Source: Candidatus Gottesmanbacteria bacterium
GTDB taxonomy: Bacteria; Patescibacteriota; Microgenomatia; UBA10105; UBA927
Assembly (NCBI GenBank): GCA_903821745.1
Contig: CAIJMI010000005.1
Location: forward strand, 57,051-121,050
Direction: 5' to 3'
Length of the DNA: 64,000 bases
The position numbers and the translations under genes were made by a program. Below the pieces are notes generated by a model that was not told the DNA's origin, did not search any database, and was given only the letters and a program-made list of their open reading frames with translations. Shown here piece by piece: positions 1-11,306 of the stretch; the stretch's first letter is position 1, and every line of letters begins with the position of its first letter.

Positions 1-289
1 AGCAGAGACAAAAAAAGAAGCAACAGTGTTGATTGAAGAATCGAAAGTTCATGCAAAAGACGAAGCAAAACAGATAATAGAGTCTGCTCATAAAGAAGCA
101 GATGAAATTATCGAAAAAGGGAAGCTTCAGGCAGCTGAACAAAAAAAGATGATGCAAAAGGAAATGCAACAAGAGGCAATTGACCTGGCAACAGGTATGG
201 CAAAACGGTTACTGGCATCTGCAATGACAGCAGAAACAGCACATACTGTTTTGAAAAAGCATATCAAAGAATTACAAGCAATTGCATAA
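1..289 (+). CDS. atpF: F-type ATP synthase F0 subunit b, C-terminal part (5' end lies outside the window)
   Basis: The open frame enters from the window edge (frame 2; the internal Met at 26 is not the start). It encodes a charged coiled-coil b-subunit stalk (KQIIESAHKEADEIIEKGKLQAAEQ...) and sits immediately upstream of delta/alpha/gamma/beta/epsilon. Confidence 0.75.
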   Translation, partial: AETKKEATVLIEESKVHAKDEAKQIIESAHKEADEIIEKGKLQAAEQKKMMQKEMQQEAIDLATGMAKRLLASAMTAETAHTVLKKHIKELQAIA

Positions 290-292
290 CGT

Positions 293-646
293 ATGGCAGA
301 ATTAACGAAAGATGCGCGAGGATTTGTGAGCGGAATAGTTCAGTATCTTGAAGGAGATAAACCAATCTCCAGTCAAGTTCCGAAGCTGAAGAAGTTATTG
401 TCAAAAGTAACTGCAGCAGACGGGAAAGACGTTGAAGCTGAAGTGATAACGACCGTACCGATGCAGGTGGAGGAAAAACAAAAACTGACAACCGCTCTCG
501 AAAAGCTGGTGAAACATCCGGTAAAGTTGGTGTGCTCAGTTGATGAGTCATATATTGCCGGCATGCAAATAAAAATAGGAGATTGGGTTGTTGATACAAC
601 GTTTGTACACCAACTCCAGTCCCTTGCTCAAGTATTAGGAGAGTAA
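293..646 (+). CDS. atpH: ATP synthase subunit delta (OSCP)-like, short (117 aa)
   Basis: It lies between atpF and atpA in the canonical operon order. Size and composition fit a truncated delta C-terminal domain. Confidence 0.55.
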   Translation: MAELTKDARGFVSGIVQYLEGDKPISSQVPKLKKLLSKVTAADGKDVEAEVITTVPMQVEEKQKLTTALEKLVKHPVKLVCSVDESYIAGMQIKIGDWVVDTTFVHQLQSLAQVLGE

Positions 647-651
647 CATCT

Positions 652-2172
652 ATGAAACAGGACACTACAGTGACCATCGCAAAAGAATTAGCAAAACGTT
701 TGGAAAACTACAAACCGGAAATTACGGCACGCCGTGTCGGGAAAATTCTTTCTATTGCCGATGGTGTGGTGAAGGTCAGTGGACTCCCACATGTAGCGTA
801 TCTGGAACAAGTGACGTTCAAAAATGGACTCGTAGGATTTGTCATTAATTTGGAGGAAGATGCCATCGGGGTCGTTGTTCTTGGAGACTATTTGAAGCTT
901 CATGAAGGAGATGAAGTTCAAACAACCGGCATGTTGCTTTCAATTCCCGTTGGTGACGCGTTTCTTGGACGGGTAGTGAATCCTTTAGGAGAGCCAATTG
1001 ATGGAAAAGGCCCAATTACTGCAAAAAAGACGTATCCAATTGAAAAAATCGCACCAAGCGTGATGTATCGATCTCCGGTTAATACACCACTCCAAACGGG
1101 ACTCAAAGCAATTGATGCGATGATTCCAATTGGTCGTGGACAGCGGGAACTGATTATTGGAGACAGAAACACAGGGAAAACCGCTGTTGCCATCGATACG
1201 ATCATTAACCAAAGTAAAGAAAATGTCTATTGTATTTATGTTGCCATCGGGCAAAAAACTTCTCGTGTGGCCCAAGTCGTTGCTGATCTTGAGAAACGCG
1301 GGGCAATGAAACATACAATTATCGTTTCTGCTTCCTCAAGCGACCCAACAGCATATCAGTATTTAGCTCCATATTCCGGATGTGCACTGGGTGAATATTT
1401 CATGGATCAAGGGAAAGACGCATTAGTTATCTATGACGACCTTATCAAGCATGCGTGGGCCTATCGACAAATTTCGTTGACACTGCGACGGCCGTCCGGT
1501 CGTGAGGCATACCCAGGGGATGTTTTTTACCTCCATTCACGACTGTTGGAACGGGCCTGTAAACTCGATGAAGACCATGGTGGCGGATCACTGACCGCAC
1601 TTCCAATTATTGAGACGCAGGCAAATGATTTGTCCGCATATATTCCAACCAACGTTATTTCCATAACTGACGGACAAATTTATTTGGAATCAGATTTATT
1701 CAATGCAGGACAACGGCCAGCTGTGAACATCGGACTTTCCGTTTCTCGTGTTGGAGGCGCCGCACAAATTAAAGCAATGAAAAAAGTTGCAGGAAATCTA
1801 CGTATTGATTTGGCACAGTATCGGGAACTTGCCGCGTTTGCACAATTCTCATCTGACCTTGATGAAGCAACCAAAAAACAAATTGATCGCGGAGCCCGCA
1901 TGATTGAACTTCTCAAACAGGGGCAATATGTGCCAATGGCAATTGATAAACAGATTGTCATTATTTGGGCTGGAGTAAAAGGATATCTTGACTCAATTCC
2001 CCTTGCATCAATTGGTGCGTTTGAAAAAGGATTTTTGGCTGTTATGGACAGGGATTACAAAAAAACATTAACCACGCTGTTAAAAGAACGACAATTGACA
2101 CCGGAAATTGAGGAAAGTTTAAAAAAAGCAATTGAAACGTACAAAAAAGATTTTGTTTTTGAAACGAAATAA
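652..2172 (+). CDS. atpA: ATP synthase F1 subunit alpha
   Basis: Contains the Walker A motif GDRNTGKT plus ...RELIIGDR... and the alpha signature around ...[22 protein letters not shown]...; 506 aa. Confidence 0.95.
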   Translation: MKQDTTVTIAKELAKRLENYKPEITARRVGKILSIADGVVKVSGLPHVAYLEQVTFKNGLVGFVINLEEDAIGVVVLGDYLKLHEGDEVQTTGMLLSIPVGDAFLGRVVNPLGEPIDGKGPITAKKTYPIEKIAPSVMYRSPVNTPLQTGLKAIDAMIPIGRGQRELIIGDRNTGKTAVAIDTIINQSKENVYCIYVAIGQKTSRVAQVVADLEKRGAMKHTIIVSASSSDPTAYQYLAPYSGCALGEYFMDQGKDALVIYDDLIKHAWAYRQISLTLRRPSGREAYPGDVFYLHSRLLERACKLDEDHGGGSLTALPIIETQANDLSAYIPTNVISITDGQIYLESDLFNAGQRPAVNIGLSVSRVGGAAQIKAMKKVAGNLRIDLAQYRELAAFAQFSSDLDEATKKQIDRGARMIELLKQGQYVPMAIDKQIVIIWAGVKGYLDSIPLASIGAFEKGFLAVMDRDYKKTLTTLLKERQLTPEIEESLKKAIETYKKDFVFETK

Positions 2173-2186
2173 TCGGTTGATATTGT

Positions 2187-3050
2187 ATGGCAAGTATTCG
2201 AATCTTAAGAAGGCGAATTAAATCAGCAAAAAACATTGCACAGATAACAAAAGCAATGGAGCTTGTAGCAGCGTCCAAAATGAAAAAAGCGCAGGCACAA
2301 GCACTTGCAGGCAAGCAATATGCTCAAAAAATTTATGAAATGGTGACCGAGCTTGCACAAAGAACTGATGTGTCAAATCATCCGTATTTGACGCGTCCAA
2401 AAACCGTGATTGGGAAACGACTGATTATTCTTATTTCAACAACAAAAGGATTATGCGGCGGTTTAAACAGCAATTTATTTCGGTACTGTGTGAAAACATA
2501 TCCGGATTTTCAAAAGCATGATATTGTAACGGTCGGAAAAAAGGGAAGCTCACTAGCGGTTCGGTTAGGCGCAAAGCTGATAGCAGATTTTTCAGAGACC
2601 ATACCGTTTGTGACCGGAGTGCCGGCAATTATTGAGCTTGCAGTCAATGAATACTTAGCCGGTCATTATGATGGGGTTGATGTAATATTTAATGAATTTA
2701 AATCAGCCCTGCAACAATTGCCAAAAAAGAAGACCGTGTTACCGTTAACGATTGAGGCAAGTGCAGAAAAGACGGAGAAACACGATGATTTTTCGGAATT
2801 TGTGATTGAGCCGTCAAAGAATGAAGTGTTTGATGCGCTTCTTCCGCATTATTTGGAAAATCAGGTACGAGATGCGATTTTACAGGCGGAAGCCAGTGAA
2901 CAATCAGCCAGAATGGTAGCTATGAGAAATGCAACGGATAACGCATTATCGCTCATTGATGGGTTAACCCTGATGTATAACAAAGAACGACAGGCAAAAA
3001 TTACATTTGAAATTGCTGATATCGTAACAGCGAGACTCGCTGTTGAATAA
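2187..3050 (+). CDS. atpG: ATP synthase F1 subunit gamma
   Basis: N-terminus MASIRILRRRIKSAKNIAQITKAMELVAASKMKKAQ and C-terminus ...ITFEIADIVTARLAVE are typical of gamma. It sits between alpha and beta. Confidence 0.9.
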   Translation: MASIRILRRRIKSAKNIAQITKAMELVAASKMKKAQAQALAGKQYAQKIYEMVTELAQRTDVSNHPYLTRPKTVIGKRLIILISTTKGLCGGLNSNLFRYCVKTYPDFQKHDIVTVGKKGSSLAVRLGAKLIADFSETIPFVTGVPAIIELAVNEYLAGHYDGVDVIFNEFKSALQQLPKKKTVLPLTIEASAEKTEKHDDFSEFVIEPSKNEVFDALLPHYLENQVRDAILQAEASEQSARMVAMRNATDNALSLIDGLTLMYNKERQAKITFEIADIVTARLAVE

Positions 3051-3068
3051 AGGCAAATGTTTATATAA

Positions 3069-4481
<1,413 letters not shown>

Positions 4482-4489
4482 TAGGGTTT

Positions 4490-4921
4490 ATGGATACAAT
4501 GCATCTTTCAATTGTTACGCCACAGCGGGAAGCATTTAGTCAGGACGTGAATTTCGTGACTGTATCAACCCCAAATGGCACAATTGGTATTTTGCCAAAT
4601 CATGTTTCACTGGTCACAGCACTTGTTGAAGGAGAAATTAAGGTGACGGCCGGTGGGAAGGAGTCGTATTTTGCAATTGGTGGCGGTTTTATGCAGGTCA
4701 CCAAAAAGTCAGTTATCATTTTAGTATCACGCGCCGTACATGCAGATGAGCTGAATGAGGCGGAAATTAAAAAAGCACAGGAAAGCGCAAAAATGGATGT
4801 GAAACAAAAAGGTGCAGGGATTGAACGATCAGAAGCGCTTGCAATTTTGCGTCGTTCATCGCTTGAATTGAAGGTTTTACGACACAAAAAGCGACGAAGC
4901 GGTATGCCTAATGCACTATGA
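4490..4921 (+). CDS. atpC: ATP synthase F1 subunit epsilon
   Basis: Last gene of the operon at 143 aa, with a beta-sandwich N-terminus and helical C-terminus pattern. Confidence 0.75.
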   Translation: MDTMHLSIVTPQREAFSQDVNFVTVSTPNGTIGILPNHVSLVTALVEGEIKVTAGGKESYFAIGGGFMQVTKKSVIILVSRAVHADELNEAEIKKAQESAKMDVKQKGAGIERSEALAILRRSSLELKVLRHKKRRSGMPNAL

Positions 4922-5559
4922 AGCAGTTGCGGCTAAAAAATATAACGCTTGTTCAACATCCACTTATCGATCATTCCTTAACTGTTCTTCGTGATACACA
5001 TTGTTCTACAGCAGATTTTAGACAACATTCAGGAATTGTGTCACAAATTCTTATTCTTGAAGCAACCAAAAATCTTCACGTGGTGAATAAGACAATTCAA
5101 ACACCGCTTGCAAAAATGATAGGAAAACGGCTAAAAAATGACGTTGTTGTTGTTCCCGTTCTACGGTCCGGACTTGCGATGCTTATGGAACTGCAAGATT
5201 TTCTTCCATCCACGCGCGTTGGATTTATTGGGTTACATCGTGATGAAAAAACCGCGCAGGCACATCAGTATTATGAAAAATTACCGAAAATTTTTGCATC
5301 GCACAAGGTTTTTCTTATTGATCCGATGCTTGCAACAGGCGGCTCTCTCATTGCATCCATGAATATGCTTCGGGAAAAAGGTGCAAAAAATATTACGATC
5401 GTTTGCATTGTATCAGCACCAGAAGGGATTTCAGAAATTAACAAAGCGTATCCGGATGTACATATATATACTGCCGCGATAGATAAGCATTTAAATACGC
5501 AAAAATTTATTGTTCCGGGACTGGGTGATTTTGGCGATCGGTATTTTGGAACTATTTAA
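4918..5559 (+). CDS. upp: uracil phosphoribosyltransferase
   Basis: 213 aa. N-terminus ...VQHPLIDHSLTVLRD... and the PRPP-binding region ...FLIDPMLATGGSLIA... are typical of UPRTase. Its start overlaps the atpC stop (ATGA). Confidence 0.85.
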   Translation: MKQLRLKNITLVQHPLIDHSLTVLRDTHCSTADFRQHSGIVSQILILEATKNLHVVNKTIQTPLAKMIGKRLKNDVVVVPVLRSGLAMLMELQDFLPSTRVGFIGLHRDEKTAQAHQYYEKLPKIFASHKVFLIDPMLATGGSLIASMNMLREKGAKNITIVCIVSAPEGISEINKAYPDVHIYTAAIDKHLNTQKFIVPGLGDFGDRYFGTI

Positions 5560-5565
5560 AAAGAG

Positions 5566-5594
5566 TTGACAATTGTAAGATAGCTGATTATAGT
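5566..5594 (+). promoter_or_regulatory. near-consensus sigma70-type promoter (TTGACA - 17 nt - TATAGT) immediately upstream of the CBS-domain gene
   Basis: TTGACA at 5566-5571, a 17-nt spacer, and TATAGT at 5589-5594. The ATG of the next CDS is at 5605, so the transcript would be leaderless or have a very short leader. Confidence 0.5.
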
Positions 5595-5604
5595 AAATGT
5601 TCCT

Positions 5605-6066
5605 ATGAACATATCACAAATCATGCGAAAGCATATCGTGATAGCTTCACTTGAAAGTACTGTTGCTGACCTGCTTCCTCTCTTTTTTGAAAAACGGCTA
5701 AATTCTCTTCCTATTTTAAATAGAAAGCATCAACTAGTTGGTATTGTCGTTCGAGAAGATGTATTAAGGTTATTGTATCCTGATTATCAGGAGTATATTC
5801 AGGACATGATTGTAAATGATGAGCTTGATGCTTTTGATAAGGATTTTAGTGAAGTCCTGCGGGTAAAAACAAAAGATGTTATGCAAACGAAAGTACTGAC
5901 TGCTACACCGAAAACTCGTGCAATGCAGGCATTAGCCCGTATGATAGCGCATCACATTGATCAGTTGCCCGTAGTGACAGATAAAGGGAAATTAGTAAGC
6001 ATGATCACAAAAGCAGATATTTTTTATGCCTTATATAAGGCAAATAAAAAGAGAATTCACCAATAA
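5605..6066 (+). CDS. CBS-domain pair protein
   Basis: 153 aa with two CBS-like repeats (...VADLLPLFFEKRLNSLPILNRKHQLVGIVVREDVL... and ...AMQALARMIAHHIDQLPVVTDKGKLVSMITKADI...). Confidence 0.7.
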   Translation: MNISQIMRKHIVIASLESTVADLLPLFFEKRLNSLPILNRKHQLVGIVVREDVLRLLYPDYQEYIQDMIVNDELDAFDKDFSEVLRVKTKDVMQTKVLTATPKTRAMQALARMIAHHIDQLPVVTDKGKLVSMITKADIFYALYKANKKRIHQ

Positions 6067-6107
6067 ATCTTCGTTGACGGAAGAGATGTTTTTTGTTAGC
6101 ATAGCGT

Positions 6108-7769
6108 ATGCTTACTAAATTTATTTTTGTATCTGGCGGTGTCATATCAGGGATTGGAAAAGGCAATACAACAGCTTCCATAGCACTTCTTTTAAAAAAC
6201 CGTGGGTACAGGGTTACGTGTGTAAAATGTGAAAATTATCTCAACATTGATGCCGGCCTCATTAATCCAATAGAACATGGTGATCCATATCTTCTTGACG
6301 ATGGAACGGAAGCAGATATGGACATGGGAACATATGAAAAATTTTTGGGAATTAACATGAAACGGCATAATTTTGTCACCATGGGACAAATTTACCGAAC
6401 GGTCATTGATAGGGAACGGAATTTTGAATATAAAGGGGAAGATGTTGAAGCAATTCCTAATGTAACGGATGAAATTATACGGCGTATCAAAGAAGCCGGA
6501 GAAATTGAAAAAGCAGAAATAGTTGTTGTAGAGCTTGGCGGTACTGCCGGAGAATACCAAAATCAACTATATTATGAAGCATCACGTATTCTATCACATA
6601 ATAAAAAAAATACAGTTATTCATGTACATGTCAGTTACCTACCAACTCCAACGCATTTGGGCGAGCCTAAAACGAAGCCAACACAGCTTTCAGTTCGGAC
6701 ATTAAATTCCATGGGTATTCAACCGGATTTTATTGTCGCCCGTGGTGAAAAAGCAGTAGATGAACGCCGTCGTGCACGATTTGCGCTGTTTTGCAACGTG
6801 GATCCAGAAAATATTATTAACAACCCTGACGTGGAAAGCAGTGTGTATGAAATTCCTTTGCAATTTGTAGAGCAGAAATTTGATGAAAAATTACTCCAAG
6901 CATTAGGACTTCCATTAGGAAAACCGCCTGCAATGACCCAGTGGAATAAGATGGTTGAAACCATTAAAGCAAAAAAGGAAAAGATAATCACGATTGCAAT
7001 CGTTGGAAAATATTTTACGACAGGTGACTACGAACTTCGGGATAGTTATGCAGCACTTCTGGATGCAATAGATCATGCAAGCTGGGCAAAAGGTGTTGCT
7101 GTTAAAACAAAATGGATACAGGCGGAAAAACTAGAAACTGGAACACTTGAAGAATTAAAAAATATTGACGGTGTCATTGTTCCAATTGGTTGGGGACCGC
7201 GTGGTGAAGAGGGGAAGATTAAAGCTATTGAATACGCCAGGGTGAATAAAATTCCCTACTTGGGACTTTGCTATGGTATGCAGCTTGCGGTTGTTGAGTA
7301 TGCTAGAAATGTTCTTCATCTTGATGGTGCAAATACCACAGAATGTGATCAGAATACTAAATATTCGGTTATTCATATGATTTCAGGACAAAAAGAAATC
7401 ATGGAACGACGAGCCTATGGTGGAACCATGCGTTTGGGTCGGTGGGAATGTAAAGTTGCACCAAATACGCAGTCAGATACAAGTTATACAACGTATAAAG
7501 GATATGACAATGCGGAAAAGAAGATTGTGGGAGAACGACATAGGCATCGCTACGAGTTTAATAATGCCTACGCAAGTCAGCTTGAAGCTGCAGGACTTGT
7601 TATTGCGGGTCGGAGTGTTGTAGAGAACCTGGTTGAGGTTATCGAGCTTCCTAAAGCAGTACACCCGTTCTTTGTTGGAACTCAGTATCATCCAGAATAT
7701 CGGTCTACGCCGCTCGTTCCACATCCATTATTTCTCGATTTCATAGCTAGTTGTCTTCAGGAAGCATAA
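6108..7769 (+). CDS. pyrG: CTP synthase
   Basis: N-terminus KFIFVSGGVISGIGKG..., the glutamine amidotransferase triad region GLCYGMQ..., and the C-terminus ...YHPEY.S.P..PHPLF; 553 aa. Confidence 0.95.
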   Translation: MLTKFIFVSGGVISGIGKGNTTASIALLLKNRGYRVTCVKCENYLNIDAGLINPIEHGDPYLLDDGTEADMDMGTYEKFLGINMKRHNFVTMGQIYRTVIDRERNFEYKGEDVEAIPNVTDEIIRRIKEAGEIEKAEIVVVELGGTAGEYQNQLYYEASRILSHNKKNTVIHVHVSYLPTPTHLGEPKTKPTQLSVRTLNSMGIQPDFIVARGEKAVDERRRARFALFCNVDPENIINNPDVESSVYEIPLQFVEQKFDEKLLQALGLPLGKPPAMTQWNKMVETIKAKKEKIITIAIVGKYFTTGDYELRDSYAALLDAIDHASWAKGVAVKTKWIQAEKLETGTLEELKNIDGVIVPIGWGPRGEEGKIKAIEYARVNKIPYLGLCYGMQLAVVEYARNVLHLDGANTTECDQNTKYSVIHMISGQKEIMERRAYGGTMRLGRWECKVAPNTQSDTSYTTYKGYDNAEKKIVGERHRHRYEFNNAYASQLEAAGLVIAGRSVVENLVEVIELPKAVHPFFVGTQYHPEYRSTPLVPHPLFLDFIASCLQEA

Positions 7770-7788
7770 ATAGTATAATAACGAGATT

Positions 7789-8184
7789 ATGGCGAATCAA
7801 ACACACTGGAATACAACAATTCTTCATATCGGCGACACGATTCGTGTTCACTACAAATTAATTGAACATGAAAAGGTTTCCGGTAAAACAAAACGTGAAG
7901 TGAAAGATGAAACACGGGAACGTGTTCAGGTTTTTGAAGGAATCCTTATCGCCATTAAAAACGGACAAGAAAATCAAATGATCACCGTTCGCAAGATTGG
8001 AGTTGGAGCCATCGGAATTGAACGTATTTTCCCAATTATCTCTCCATGGATTAAAAAAATTGAAGTCAAAAAGCACGGCGATGTCCGTCGTGCAAAATTG
8101 TATTATCTTCGTGGTCGAAAGGGCCGAGCTGCGACAAAAATTAATGAGGCGGCTATAAAAGAAAAGCCGGAAATAAAAGGCTAA
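7789..8184 (+). CDS. rplS: 50S ribosomal protein L19
   Basis: ...GDTIRVHYKLIEHEKVSGKTKREVKDETRERVQVFEGILIAIKNGQ...ITVRKIGVGAIGIERIFPIISP... is characteristic of L19; 131 aa. Confidence 0.9.
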   Translation: MANQTHWNTTILHIGDTIRVHYKLIEHEKVSGKTKREVKDETRERVQVFEGILIAIKNGQENQMITVRKIGVGAIGIERIFPIISPWIKKIEVKKHGDVRRAKLYYLRGRKGRAATKINEAAIKEKPEIKG

Positions 8185-8443
8185 TTGTTTAATTCAGATC
8201 CTGCTTATGAGAATTTAATTTCTCAAACCTCTGTTTCATCTCCTATATTCAGGTTAAAGTCTGCAAAAAAATTATCAAAAATATGTTTGTGATCCTCAAT
8301 TCGCTTGTCTCGTCACCCATTCGAGAATGGCAAGGCGTTACCTGTGACCGATAGCATCATTTTCGTCGCAAAAAGATAGAAAAAAAGTATTGACAACCTG
8401 AAGCATATATGAAATGCTGAATCTAACTGAGGAGGAATGAATT

Positions 8444-9466
8444 ATGGCTTTTCTCAAAAAATCAAAACAGATCTCACCGTCGAAGATTCTTCTTTTTGTC
8501 CTCCTTTTTGGTTTTGGTATTTTTGCCATCTATTTGTTGTCATACAAAAATAGATTGAACTTGGATTTCCGTTCAAGAGCTGGGACGACCGTCGCTGTCA
8601 TAAAATCGTGGGATTTTGCAACAGATGGCAATACGGAAGGGTGGAACGCAACCAACATGACAGGGTTTACGACAAAATCAGGGCTTCTTGATGGAGTTGT
8701 AGGAGGAGATACGACAGGCTTAACGACAAAAGAAGTGAAAATACCATTTATAGCAAACACTGCAGTGGCATTGTCGACCAAAGAAAATGTCCGGTACGCA
8801 TTTGGGAATAAAAGCATTAAAATCCGTATGGCAGTAACTACTGGAATTTGTAGAGGTACAGCATATGTACAAGAAGAAGGACAGGAATCGAGTCTTCCGC
8901 GATGTCCAGGTGGAAACGATCCAATCACTTTTCCGTTTGAAATCAGTGTTATTACACCGCTTCGGGCTGCTGAATTTGATAAAACATTTCAAAAAGTGGT
9001 CGGCGACGGCGTGATGCATGAGTATGAATTCATTATTCCGGAATCGTTACCGATCACATCTATCCAAGGTATTTCAATAAAGTTTACGGGCCTTATGGGG
9101 AAAGCTGGCTCGGTCGTGAAAATTGATTATATTCAGGTGGTGGCAAGACAATTTATAAAACCAACACCAAAACCGGAGCCAGGCGCGTGCGGATTAAAAA
9201 ACAACGGGTGTTCCGGTTCCTGTACCTCAGGATCTACATGTAAGTTGGTGACACAGGGTGGAACAGCAGCTTGTACGTGTGTAACCAATCCCATACCAAA
9301 AGCTACCAAACCAGTCGTCGATTGTACATGGAAAGGCGCTAAATGTAGTGGTTCATGTGGGACAGGATCTACGTGTATACAAAGCGGGACAAACTCATGT
9401 AGCTGCCGAAATCTAAACCTAACCCCAACAAAAAGAATACCTACACCAATAACACGGTGGCAGTAA
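8444..9466 (+). CDS. membrane-anchored or secreted hypothetical protein with two C-terminal Cys-rich (EGF-like) repeats
   Basis: An N-terminal TM/signal helix (ILLFVLLFGFGIFAIYLL) is followed by a ~230-aa beta-rich region. It ends with two tandem modules of the form C-x4-5-C-SGSC-x-SGSTC...C.C (GACGLKNNGCSGSCTSGSTCKLV...CTCV and CTWKGAKCSGSCGTGSTCIQ...CSC). A strong SD (GAGGAGG) sits 8 nt upstream. Confidence 0.6.
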   Translation: MAFLKKSKQISPSKILLFVLLFGFGIFAIYLLSYKNRLNLDFRSRAGTTVAVIKSWDFATDGNTEGWNATNMTGFTTKSGLLDGVVGGDTTGLTTKEVKIPFIANTAVALSTKENVRYAFGNKSIKIRMAVTTGICRGTAYVQEEGQESSLPRCPGGNDPITFPFEISVITPLRAAEFDKTFQKVVGDGVMHEYEFIIPESLPITSIQGISIKFTGLMGKAGSVVKIDYIQVVARQFIKPTPKPEPGACGLKNNGCSGSCTSGSTCKLVTQGGTAACTCVTNPIPKATKPVVDCTWKGAKCSGSCGTGSTCIQSGTNSCSCRNLNLTPTKRIPTPITRWQ

Positions 9467-9604
9467 CAATAAGATAGGTTTTAGGGAGAGTGGATATTTA
9501 TAGTGAACAGCCTAGCAATCTGCATGTTTTGAAAAGGAAAATTTGTTTTAGTTCTATGCCCCCGGGCTAGCTTATGCGATAACTAAACAAATTGCAGATA
9601 CCTC

Positions 9605-9853
9605 TCAAGAATCTGACTCTTCACCCCTAGCTTTAGCGGCTTTTTCCTCTGCTAGTTCTTGAACAATTTTTTTGAGGTCGATACCATGCCTTAATGCTTG
9701 TCTTACAAAGGCATCTGCATTTAGGTCGCTAATTGGTTCTGGTTTACTTGGAGTTGCCTTTTTTTTAGATGCTTCAAATGCTCTTCGCTGTCTTTCTCTA
9801 AGCTCGGCAGCTCTAGAGTTATCTCTCATTATTTCTTTTTCTATATCGCTCAT
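9605..9853 (-). CDS. small charged hypothetical protein (82 aa)
   Basis: Intact ORF, Lys/Glu/Arg-rich, with no recognisable motif. It is convergent with the preceding gene. Confidence 0.35.
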   Translation of the reverse strand: MSDIEKEIMRDNSRAAELRERQRRAFEASKKKATPSKPEPISDLNADAFVRQALRHGIDLKKIVQELAEEKAAKARGEESDS

Positions 9854-10362
9854 ATGTTTTATTATGGCTGATTGGATTTAAAAGTTCAAGAATGTGATTC
9901 AAACAGGTTGAAATCCCTTTGTTATGCTGACAATAATTAGTTAAGTAACTAAACTAAACGTTTATGTTGCAAAGAGGGGTAGCTATTTTGAGTCAATTGT
10001 AAGTAATATACAAGTAATTAGGCGTATCTTGGTTCAAAAAGGTGGAAATCTAAATAAGAGTTGTGGTATTACCTTGACACAGGCAAATGTCTTGCTTTTA
10101 GTTAAACAGGAAAAATACCTCAGTATGACTGAAATTTCATCCAAACTAGGTATGTCTATAAGTGGGCAACGCAACTGGTAGATAATTTGGTTGAATAAAA
10201 TTTGGTTATGCGCGAAACAGATCAGATGGTGGCACGAGAACCTATTGCGCCTTTTTTTAATGTAGTTATAACCGCCCAAGAATATGGAGGTGGGCGATGC
10301 CGGTGTGTATGCCTCGCGAGAGGCAGGCACAACCCCGCAAGAGCAACATTTTTCACTTTTTG

Positions 10363-10435
10363 TGAGCCGGCCGGGACTCGAACCCGGAACCAACAGCTTA
10401 AAAGGCTGCTGCTCTACCAATTGAGCTACCGACCC
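10363..10435 (-). tRNA. tRNA-Lys (anticodon TTT)
   Basis: The reverse complement GGGTCGGTAGCTCAATTGGTAGAGCAGCAGCCTTTTAAGCTGTTGGTTCCGGGTTCGAGTCCCGGCCGGCTCA folds as a cloverleaf: a 7-bp acceptor stem (with G-U pairs), D arm, anticodon loop CTTTTAA and T-loop TTCGAGT. No CCA is encoded. Confidence 0.85.
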
Positions 10436-10490
10436 AATAAATCAAAGTAGCCATATTATAGCAATTTTTTTAGGTTCTGGCACGAGGGAT

Positions 10491-11306
10491 TTATTTTGTC
10501 AAACAAAAAATGCTTCCAACAGAAGAAAGCTCTTGTATAGTGGTGGTAGGAGTCATAAATGAAGATGCGGTGCCACCGTCTAAATTAATAGCTGTCTGCA
10601 GGGGTGACGCAAGTATCGAATTTATTTGTTGCAAAATAGTGGGTACATCTCCAAGCAATGGGCCGTCGTACGTTGATCCTTTTGTAAACAAGATGAGGAA
10701 TAGTAAATACCCCTCTTTTGTTATCCCTGCGATAGCTCGTCGTTCTGGAGTATCGTTTTTTATTGCCAATAGAAGTGGTTTTCCTTCTGATAAAAGCATG
10801 GGGCCAGTTTGAACAACGCTTATATAGTCATCAGGAGGCGATAACGATATCGCACTTGCGCGTGATGTTATACAAATATATCCATTAAATAAGGCACTTT
10901 GTAAAGGAACAGGTTGTTCATAATTCATACCAACAAACATGCCAAGTGGTGCATTGGTTTTGGAATAAAAGCCAGCATTAATAGCAAAAACGCATCCCTT
11001 TTCTTCCATAATCTGCCTCATTGTTTTCTTTTCTTTAAAATTACCAATAAGGCGTAATTTTGATGAGTCGTTAACTTCATATATCTCAAAATTATAGACA
11101 GTATCATGAAATGATATTTCCTGAAAACGATGAGATGAACTGGTTTCAGGTGTTTCTACGGAGGATAGTAATTCAGAAGAAACATTGGAATTTGTTTGAG
11201 TTACAGAAGACCGGTGTAGCAATTGAAAAGACCCAACAATGGCAAGAACAAAACTAGCTAAAATAAGAAAAACATATTTTATGCTGGTGCGTTTCCTTTT
11301 TTCCAT
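10491..11306 (-). CDS. phosphodiester glycosidase-like (DUF2233/NAGPA family) protein with N-terminal TM anchor
   Basis: Motifs AINAGFY... and ...AINLDGGTASSF resemble the DUF2233 phosphodiester glycosidase fold. The N-terminal hydrophobic helix is FLILASFVLAIVGSF. Confidence 0.45.
   Translation of the reverse strand: MEKRKRTSIKYVFLILASFVLAIVGSFQLLHRSSVTQTNSNVSSELLSSVETPETSSSHRFQEISFHDTVYNFEIYEVNDSSKLRLIGNFKEKKTMRQIMEEKGCVFAINAGFYSKTNAPLGMFVGMNYEQPVPLQSALFNGYICITSRASAISLSPPDDYISVVQTGPMLLSEGKPLLLAIKNDTPERRAIAGITKEGYLLFLILFTKGSTYDGPLLGDVPTILQQINSILASPLQTAINLDGGTASSFMTPTTTIQELSSVGSIFCLTK

Noticed and set aside
10034-10450. ORFs 10034..10420 (-) and 10202..10450 (+) in the ORF track
   Set aside because: Both run through tRNA-Lys (10363-10435) and the adjacent GC-rich non-coding patch. 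Their translations are Cys/Arg-rich and low in complexity, and they have no start context. I treated them as spurious.
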